The notes under the pieces were generated by a model that was given only the letters and a program-made list of their open reading frames with translations, was not told the origin of the DNA and did not search any database. Positions 54,826 through 64,000 of a stretch of DNA of 64,000 bases are shown piece by piece (within the stretch, counting starts at the first letter, position 1; every line of letters starts with the position of its first letter). The DNA comes from Balanoglossus misakiensis (lineage: Eukaryota > Animalia > Hemichordata). The stretch is from NCBI GenBank assembly GCA_040954595.2, contig CM082578.2:15050998-15114997 (forward strand), written 5' to 3'. The position numbers and the translations under genes were made by a program.

Positions 54826-57800
54826 GCAAAGACAGGAAGATAAATAGGCCCATTAGATTATTCCACAAGATAGTATCGTGTTTGATTGTATCACACTAAT
54901 ACGCACAGGTAGCTGGCGCGATCTACCTGTCGCATGCTGTTTCATTTTTGGGCGCCGGGGACGAACTCAAGCAATTGTTTTCTACATGTACTTTTATGCT
55001 CACACATTTTGTGATCCAACGAGACGTTGTCATATTTTCAGGTGTAGCCACACTGACGTGTCTTGGGTGGGGATTTATCATAGACACAAGCACTCACCTG
55101 TTTTCGGACTGCAATCTTATCGAAATGTGACCTGGTTGCATATTCCACTGTTCGTTCCTCTTTAATTTCTTTTACATTAACTTACTTGACTTTGCATGTC
55201 ATTTATGAAACTGTCACCACAGCAGTCATGATGCCCAGTTTCACGACGCATTTCAAAATATCCCCGACTTTTGTCGGTTCCACGATCTGTTCATTTACCC
55301 ACCATTCGTGCAAGGTTGACACACAACGCCCTTTATCAATTTATTTGCTAAACTCGTCCTTTTCGTGGGTTCCGTAAACTGCTCCTATGCCCATGCCCAA
55401 AATATGTACAGGTTATCAGCGACACTACAGTATAATAGCTTCTGTGACCCAAAGGGTGGGGGATATTCACTCACGCCATATGGGATGTTCAGGTGGTTGT
55501 CACCCAGCGTAATAGCACACAAACCATCATACAAGACATTGAAATACATGTATATGCCGACGGAGAGACTTATACAACAAATCGATTCGCCGTTAGTCAC
55601 TCTCATGATCTGCAGTTTTGAGAATGACACCAGATGTTCGATGACACCGTAACACGTCAGATTAAACCCACGTCAAGTGAAGTTACGTTAGTGACGAACG
55701 AAGAAAACAACAATTCGATGTCACCAAAACTAGAATTTGATGAAAAACTCGCATGTTTTTTTCTCTCTCTCTCTTTCTCTTGTTTGTTCACAGTACTCTT
55801 ATCAGAACACGGACTCGCGGCAGAACGTTGCTGATAAACTTTTCCAGCGTCCAATGAAAAAGACCTCTTGAGGTTTTGGCGTTACCCATATCAAAAGAGA
55901 GTTTACAGTGTTGAGGGGAAATTAACAACAGGAAATGTGTATCTCCGTAGTGATAAAACATTTCTCATGCTTGTAGTTTAATCAGAGGCGACTCACTATG
56001 TACACTGGATACAAGGACACTCTATCGATAGGTTTGTCGGTTGATTTATAGATTCGAATATTTAGATAAGCAGTGCAATAATTCATAAAGTCACTGCAAA
56101 ATGTTTTTAAAATTGCAATTACAATATGTTGTGGAAGTAATATACAACTTTCCAGCGCGTGTCCTGGATTTATATATACACACTTCAAGGAGGGCGACTG
56201 GTACGAACAAACATCTGTTGGCAGTAACCGCAGAATGCGTTTACTTCATAAGTTAAAAATCGGTTAAAAAGAGATTCCGGTGTGTCTCCATGGCAGGGCC
56301 GGCTGTCTTAGAGTGGTTTGGGGTCATAAAGTCGAGGGCAGTCTGAAAGTATAGACATTTGCGACCTTGTGTTAATATTTTGGGACTTAAACGGGGCCAA
56401 TACATGTTTTGAATCAAACTCGTCTTAAACTCAGTCCAATCTGCATGACGATCATATGGAGAAGCAGTCATTAGTTTTGGTAATATCTCACTACAAGTAA
56501 TCTTGGGAAATGAATGGCGGAGAAGTGTGAAGGATTATTTTTTACCATTTCTGCAAGCAAATGTCATTTACTGAACAAGACGTGCACATGAACCCTGGCG
56601 ACTGGGTTCTTGAGCGGGATATCTTCTCGAATCAGTAAACTGCACTTAATTCATGTTGGCTGTTACAGTAGACGAAAACGATCTGCCCCTTTATAAGTTC
56701 TCCAATGTACAACAAGCTTCTATATTCAACATTAATCCCTGACACTGAATGGCGCATATCGGCCGAGAGCCACAAGGGCAAACTAAATTGTTTCATAAGA
56801 TGTCAGACATGTTGCTAAACCTTCCATTCCTCCATGTTTTCATGAATCTGAAAATGACTTTGAGGAATATGTGACAATCATTACATGTCACGATGACCGT
56901 CACAAAAAAGAAATGACATTTCATCAAACGTGTTTTGTAAACAAAATAACACTAATTTTTGTCCTCGGAATTACTTTTGCAAAATGACATATTTTTGAAT
57001 GATTCACCAGAATTTCTGATTATGTTTATTATATTATTATGTTATTCACATCAAATTCAGTCAGTCACAGCGACAACGCGACGTCACCATTTTATCGTTT
57101 TGTCTGACGTCATCATGGCGACTAGACACGGCGGCCTTGGAGTGTCATTGACTCAAACCGTGGTCAGCATCTGGGAAATATACAATACGCTTCCATATTC
57201 TACATTATTCCCTCAAGCATCGATTTCATAGCTAGATTGGTTCATTACAAATTTATTTATTAATATATAAGTTTACGAAAAACAATGTCATAGAATCGAA
57301 AAGTTTGTACCTGATGAAATCATACCGTTTTGCGTCTTAAGGAAGTCCAATGTCAACTGTTACTAGTCCTTGGTAGATCATATTTTTTCATTGTTTTCCA
57401 TTCATCATCTGACTCTGTACATTTGTGTAATTATACCAAACATGACTTTTTGAATAGTAATAACTCGGCCAGAAAAATCACACGCCCCCACAGCATGTAA
57501 CCATTGTTCAAATTTGACCAATAGGACCTCAGATGATGGTGGGAAGAGAGGAGTAATGTAAACAAACAAACAATCAAACAAAAGAACGAACAACGTGCTA
57601 ATCAGCGCTTGTCATGCATCTTACCAAGTCAATAATTATAGGCTATTTTTTGCCAAAAAGAGCTCCTGATTCATGTACAAAGATAACATTTAACCTCCAA
57701 GACTAAAAATATCAAAATCATGTGTCGAGTACTGCTCCACAATAAACACAGTCTCAGATTTTGTGACTAGATAATAGCGACAAATGACTCGGACACGACG

Positions 57801-58740
57801 CGACAAGACATGACACTGATTTTCCTGTTCAACAGTCGAACCCTGATACAGTTAAGATGACTTTTCGAACGACACACAGTAATCGTCGAGGTTCTATAAT
57901 GGCTGAGCTTGACGCAGTAGTGACACTATGTGTGTTAACCCATTCCCTCCTCAAATTGCATGTCCCTCTGTTTTGTGGCGTTAACATCCATGCTTTTAGT
58001 GGTATTCTACCACTTAAAATAGTTATAAACTGCAAGGCAATGAAACGTTGATGTAATCGTTTGTCGAACATAATGGCAATTCCAAAAGAACGTAACCAAC
58101 ACCGTAGAATTCATGGACATTTCAAAATCATAACTTTAGGGATGACATGATAAAACGACTCAAATACTATTGACCCGTGGTAATTATTTGACCGATGACC
58201 ATTGGATAAAAAAAATCATGATTGAAGGTTACAAAAAAATGATGCATCGTCGCAACATTTCATGAGAAAATCCACGCCGCTGACAATCTGTGTTTAATGT
58301 TTAGCCAGGACGGTGCTGACGTACGAGGGCCTGTATTATTAGATAACAATGACGTAGCAGAAAACACTGACGTGAATAAGGGCGTAAATAAATGTAAATG
58401 TAAATATCAACAAAGAGTGCAGTTACGGCCTTCTTTCTATAGGAAAGTTGTTTTGAAATTCTGCTCGAGTAGCCCCAATATTTGATCGTAAAAACCTCGT
58501 TGAAGAAAACAGGTACATCTGGTCCCATCTCACCAACACCACTGGTTGCGCCAGCGTAGCGCAGCCATCGGCGGGAACGGGGCAGGCAATCGTTCGAACC
58601 GAATATTTTCCCTGTGCGTCGGCTGATGGCGCAATTTAACCACCATAGGTAAATGGGTTCGAACGGGTCTACAATTCTAAACCTCGCCGATTTAGCTGGC
58701 ATGTTGTGAACCGCGTGGGACCGAACACGAAAAAATGTAC

Positions 58741-59285
58741 ATTTGAAAAATATCATGGTCAAGTAGTGCAGTGCTGTCAGACTCATCGGTATACACCGCA
58801 CCTTTATACACCTGGTGTCATTCGGGATGGAAATTCTGACACAATAAAATGGCATAATGCAGCCATTTCATTGGCTAACAGACTGACTGTACTGTACTGG
58901 TCCAGGTGCACATCGATTTGCCACGTGAACGTTGTACGATGCATGCGCATATCACTGTGTTTCAGCCACGCCACCAATATGGACGCATTCTCGGATGTCT
59001 CCGATACAGAGTATTCAAGCGAATTGGAACATTTTTTGCTCTAAGTTTGAAAACCCGGTACCACTGGCCGACAGAGAAGATGTTAGACGGCAAAACAGGC
59101 TCGTGAAAGTTTTCAGGCTCCTGCGAACAGTGCACAATTGACGGAAAAACCTGGATTTCGCGTAGCACAAAATACATGCAAGTCTGCCAGGCGAGGAATG
59201 TCAGTGTGGGATGCATGAGGAAGAAATACACGCCATTCTAGCAAGGTAAGTTTCAGTTATTTTCTCAAATTTTCCGAGCGCGAAA
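58741..59285 (+). repeat. Dispersed ~540-bp repeat, copy B (paralog at 32838..33351)
   Basis: Collinear similarity with copy A in the same orientation, with small indels. Confidence 0.88.
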
Positions 59286-59570
59286 TTTAACTCACCGTGA
59301 CTTGAGCTGGAAAGTGACGTAAAACTAAAACTATTACCCTTTGCTATATCAAGCGGGAAACTGATGAAGGGAAACAGATTTACAGAAAACAGGAAACATG
59401 TTTTTAGAAATTGATAACAATATGGAGGAAATGTGTTTTATGTCATAGACGTGTACATGTAACTCGAATCCTTGGTTAATTGATCTTGAGGAAATAACAC
59501 AAGGAAATAACAAACCTACATGTTTTATCGACAACGTTCATCGTACACTGCGTTCGTTCGAGTAAAAAAC

Positions 59571-60568
59571 ATGTCCGTGAAAACTGCGAGGAAATTTGCG
59601 ATTTTTCTGTCCTACTGCTTGGTTTGTGGCTACGACTTGTATGTGGCGGGAACGTGCATCCCGGCCACGAATGTCACGTGTGCTTCGAAGTGCCACTGCG
59701 ATTATTGCAACAACGGAGAGCCTTACAAGACGCTGGCCTGCCGTTGTCCTGCCAGGGAGCTCAGCGCCGTGCCGAGAGACGTGCCCAAAAACACAAGCTA
59801 TTTGAGCCTGTTCAAAAACAGGATAGGAAAACTGAGCGCTTCCGAGTTTTCAGGTCTTGGGAATCTTATACAACTGGATCTGGGTTACAACTTTCTTGAC
59901 AGTAACGGCATCGACGGAAATGCATTTCTTGGTCTGGAAAATCTGAAGCATCTGAGTCTGAAGTTTAACCGAGCTCTCAACCGGATATCTAGTGAGTGGT
60001 TCCGTCCTCTGAAAAGTCTCTGGAAAGTTGATTTTGAAAGAGCAAATGTGGAGTCGCTGTCAGAAGATACATTCAGGTTTAACTTAAAATTAGAATACGT
60101 AATCCTTCGTGGAAACCAGATCAAAAACATCGAACCGTCACTCTTCCGAAATTTGCCGTCACTGAAGAAAGTACTCCTGCAAATTAATCAGTTGAAGTCA
60201 CTCCCTCCGGAAATGTTCAACGGTTCTATGGAAACGGATGAACTGAATGTCAATAGTAATAAACTCATGACAATATCCCCTGAAGCTGGGCTTCAGGACA
60301 TGGAGAACTTGAAGAAACTTTCAGTGTATCAGAATCCCTTGGACTGCGGCTGTGATCTTGTTTGGTTTCGCCAGTGGATTGACACTGTTGACGTCATCGT
60401 CAAGGTTCACAACACGACGTGTGCATCGGGAGGAAATATCATGAAGTTCAATCCCGATGACTTGCAGTGTGAGTTTCCCGTCGTCATGGTGACCGTTCTG
60501 ACCATCGCCGGGTTTTTGGCTCTTTGCACATTGATAACAATCATAGTTCACAACAGATGGAGGATAAG
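59571..60568 (+). CDS. LRR receptor cassette 1 (signal peptide, LRRNT, ~8 LRR, LRRCT, TM; Toll-like ectodomain)
   Basis: MSVKTARKFAIFLSYCLVC...CIPATNVTCASKCHCDYC, LRRs, NPLDCGCDLVWFRQW...C, TM and HNRWRIR. There is an AG|GTATAT donor at 60569; if unspliced the ORF stops at 60593. Confidence 0.9.
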
Positions 60569-60587
60569 GTATATATTATTTTACAAA

Positions 60588-60590
<3 letters not shown>

Positions 60591-60643
<53 letters not shown>
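60591..60643. repeat. (GAT)n microsatellite
   Basis: ~17 uninterrupted GAT units. Confidence 0.95.
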
Positions 60644-60831
60644 TAAGTCTTTTATAATTGTGATGGGATACGTGTCAGAAATTAGAGATTTAAACTGTAA
60701 GCATTACATGCAGGATAGGGCAATGAGAAGTTTGTGAAATCTCTGCAAAATATCTCGTTCGACGAAAACAAAATGGACGTCAAGAATCAGGTTTACTTTC
60801 GCCGCCTAGCAAATATGCAGGGAAAGATGAG

Positions 60832-60841
60832 GGGAATTCCC
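60832..60841. promoter_or_regulatory. Canonical palindromic NF-kB/Rel site upstream of LRR cassette 2
   Basis: GGGAATTCCC matches GGGRNWYYCC and lies ~240 bp upstream of ATG 61077. Confidence 0.55.
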
Positions 60842-61076
60842 GTTTAACAACAGATCAATTTACGGTATTACAAAGTTTTAAACGTTCGAAACTCAACACC
60901 GACGACCTTTGACCTGCAGTTTCGAAGTTGAGGTGGTATGAAGCCTATGACGAGCGCCACCAATTTTCCTGTACATATGAATAGTCACGTGAGCAGATCA
61001 AAAATGCAAATTTATGTTCGGTAGTTTGGTTCTGAAACTCTCCTGGTTGACATCGAACAACTCATTACCTATTGCA

Positions 61077-62074
61077 ATGGCAATCGTTCCGAAGCACCTT
61101 ATTATTGTCCTATTCGTGGTTATCCTGTGTTGTGAGTTGGGTGTGTGCGTCGACTGTGTACCAGCTACCAACATCTCCATCCCGTCGCAATGCACATGTG
61201 AGTACTGCACGAAAGGAAAAACAAGTACGTGGTTAACTTGTAACTGTAATTGTGGAAGACACCAAACTAAGATTGTACCTAAAGGACTACCACCACACAC
61301 TACCCACCTTTTCGTTCAAAACTGTGGTATCGGCAAACTCGACAACCATGAGTTTGCGGGTCTCAGTAAACTGGTAGAACTGAATCTGAGTAATAACAAA
61401 TTGGATGCTCAACAAATCGAGCCACATGCATTCGAAGGTTTGGACAATCTTAGAAAGCTCATTCTGAAGTTTAACCGAGCACTAAAAAATATTCCAGCTG
61501 AATGGTTCCGTCCTTTGAAGAATCTGTGGAAAATTGATCTTGAGAAGGCGAGCGTGGAGACACTGTCAGAAGACGCCTTTCGGCACAACTTAAAATTGCA
61601 GTACATAGTCCTGAAAAACAACCAGATACAAAATGTAAAACCGGCCTTATTCAGAGATTTGCCTTCGCTGAGTAAAGTTCTCCTGCAAATAAACCAGTTA
61701 GAATCGCTGCCTCCTAGTATGCTGAATGGGTCCACGAGTGTAGATGAAGTAATTGTGTATAACAACAAGCTTATGACAATCACCAGTGAAGTCGGGCTTC
61801 AAGACATGGAGAACTTAAAGAAACTTGCAGTGTATCAGAATCCCTTGGACTGCGGCTGTGATCTTGTCTGGTTTCGCCAGTGGATTGACACTGTTGACGT
61901 CATCGCCAAGGTTCACAACACGACGTGTGCATCGGGAGAAAATATCATGAAGTTCAATCCCGATGACTTGCAGTGTGAGTTTCCCGTCGTCATGGTAATT
62001 GTTCTGGCCTTGGCAGCGTTGATCATTCTCAGCACTATAATTACACTTCTTGTTGCCAACAGGTGGCGGCTGAG
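61077..62074 (+). CDS. LRR receptor cassette 2 (signal peptide, LRRNT, ~8 LRR, LRRCT, TM; Toll-like ectodomain)
   Basis: MAIVPKHLIIVLFVVILCC...CVPATNISIPSQCTCEYC, LRRs, NPLDCGCDLVWFRQW, TM and ANRWRLR. There is a strong AG|GTAGGT donor at 62075; if unspliced the ORF stops at once (TAG 62076-62078). Confidence 0.9.
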
Positions 62075-63389
62075 GTAGGTCCTGTTTCAGATGAACTGCT
62101 ATCAATGTCAACACCATCAACTTCCTCAAACTTGACATTCACTCGTCAATAACATCTGTTCCACTGCTTTTAGCTCTTAATGATAATTTCATTGTTGGGG
62201 TTTATTTCGAACAAAGTACAAATTCCGTCCAAAGTTTGACATGTGCCAACGTACCATGTGTGAATAGTCATACACAAATGAGCACAAGGACGAAACGAAA
62301 CTCCTGCGCTTTGGCGCTATGCACCACAGAGGTGTGATCACCAAAAAGTTTAAGTTATCTCCCTTCGTCAGAACAGATACCTTCCTGAAAAATACTGAAC
62401 GAAAACAAGACCGAATAATGCGAAATACGTCACAACTTAAAGTTGTTTTTGCATTGGCCGACATCATGGCAACTTAACTATGTAAACATGAAATGACATG
62501 ATCTAGTCTTGTCTTGTCTTAGGTCAGGTATGTACCAGATTTCCAGCATAACAACTAAAACATTTACCGTCGTCACTGAAGAATCCTTATTTTGCTATGT
62601 ATAGACATTAACTGGTTACGACCGTACCATAACATTTCCTCATCGATGCGTGCATAAAATATCAGTTTAGGTACCTTTGTAGGGTTGGGGAAAAGGTTGC
62701 TAGATTTAAAACTACATTTACTCATTCTTGCAATATAGAACAAACTATGGCCTGACACTCTTCCGCCAGACTGTTTGTTCCTTCCTGGTATGATAGTCTC
62801 GGTACAGTTTGTTGTTCTCAAACCCTGGCATATTTCGTGCATTTTGTCCAAACAACATTGAAGTCGACACGAAAGTAGCTCGAACACAATTAGGTGTATT
62901 GAAGTCATGGGAAAATGTGTTAATCTCTAGGGTCAGGAAATCCGCTGTTTTCTTTCTTTCGGGAGATCGGAAAACAGGCATGACAAGAGAAAGACTCGCT
63001 CTTGTCACCTGACATTTTAAATACGAGTCGTCACGTTCAAATGTTTTGAGCATTGTCGCCTCATGACAGACAGATGTCAAAATCTTTGTTTGTGAAGAGG
63101 CTGTTGAGGTAGAGGTTGCGGCGCATATGTGTAACCATTGCAAATATTTTAGATAAGAACGTCTGATTAATTACAACTTGATCCATATGGATTGGACTTA
63201 GTACTAATATTCAGTCAAAAGATTTGCATGCACCAGCTGGAGTATTGCGCCCTCGACGGGCTTGTTGAGCACCGCCTCCTATTCTGTATCTAATACTAGA
63301 AATCACATGACCACTACAACTTTTGCGTGGTTTGCCCAGACCGATTTATAGGAAGTTAGTGTACAGTTAGACTTTTGTCAGCTGCAGCG

Positions 63390-64000
63390 ATGGTGATCAA
63401 AACATCTGCTTTAACCCTGCTTTGCCTCTTAGTCTTGGGTTACACGCGTTACGCGAATGCCGGCAGTTGTGTTCCAGCGACGAACGTGTCTTGCCCAAAT
63501 GTGTGTATTTGCGAGTACTGCGACATGCCGTGGCCGTTTAAAAGGCTGAGGGTTGACTGTGCATCAAGAAAGCTGAACGCTGTACCAGACAATATACCGC
63601 TGGAAACGGAATCTTTGAACCTGGCCCAAAATGGTATCGGCCGACTTATAAAACCTGGCGATATCTCGTATTTGAAGAGACTCTACCGACTGGACCTGAG
63701 CTACAATCTTTTGGACAGCAACGCAATGTATCCCGGGGTTTTTGAAGGCCTCGAAAATCTGAATAATCTTATTTTGAAGTTTAACCGAGCTCTGAAGACG
63801 ATCCCTAACCAGTGGTTCCGAACTTTGAAAAATCTCTGGAAAGTTGATCTCGAAAGAGCACACGTAGTAACGATTGAAGAAGACGCCTTTCGATTTAATT
63901 TGAAATTACGATTCATTGTTCTTCGCGACAATCAGATAAAGCACATCGCACCTTCGCTTTTTCGGGGACTTCCGTCACTAGAGAAAGTTTTGTTGCAAAC
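63390..64000 (+). CDS. LRR receptor cassette 3 (partial, runs off window end)
   Basis: Not in the ORF track because it has no stop in the window. It is open from ATG 63390: MVIKTSALTLLCLLVLGYTRYANAGSCVPATNVSCPNVCICEYC...LILKFNRALKTIPNQWFRTLKNLWKVDLERA...LFRGLPSLEKVLLQ, paralogous to cassettes 1 and 2. Confidence 0.9.
   Translation, partial: MVIKTSALTLLCLLVLGYTRYANAGSCVPATNVSCPNVCICEYCDMPWPFKRLRVDCASRKLNAVPDNIPLETESLNLAQNGIGRLIKPGDISYLKRLYRLDLSYNLLDSNAMYPGVFEGLENLNNLILKFNRALKTIPNQWFRTLKNLWKVDLERAHVVTIEEDAFRFNLKLRFIVLRDNQIKHIAPSLFRGLPSLEKVLLQ

Overview
Eukaryotic, intron-containing, AT-rich animal DNA. The gene content and sequence style suggest a marine invertebrate, possibly a non-vertebrate deuterostome; this is inference only. 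The first 21 kb is a compact block of conserved genes: BICD (-), head-to-head with ZCRB1 (+), then TRMT10C (+), a spliced microbial-type flavin-reductase-domain gene (-) with a GC-AG intron, and ACAD9 (-). The middle holds an orphan type II transmembrane (TM)/coiled-coil gene, a DEG/ENaC channel with a large furin-flanked insert, decayed EGF/sushi exons, and a hidden 4-exon small type I membrane protein with an NPxY tail. It also has small repeats/MITE-like elements and a Hairy/HELT/DEC-type bHLH gene. The window ends in a tandem array of at least three LRR ectodomain cassettes. The two complete cassettes include a TM helix and end at the same phase-2 splice donor, immediately after a TLR-like juxtamembrane RWRxR motif, with no TIR domain between them. 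This suggests a protocadherin/UGT1A-style locus of variable first exons spliced to a shared constant exon downstream, outside the window. All exon structures were derived by manual reading and have no transcript support.
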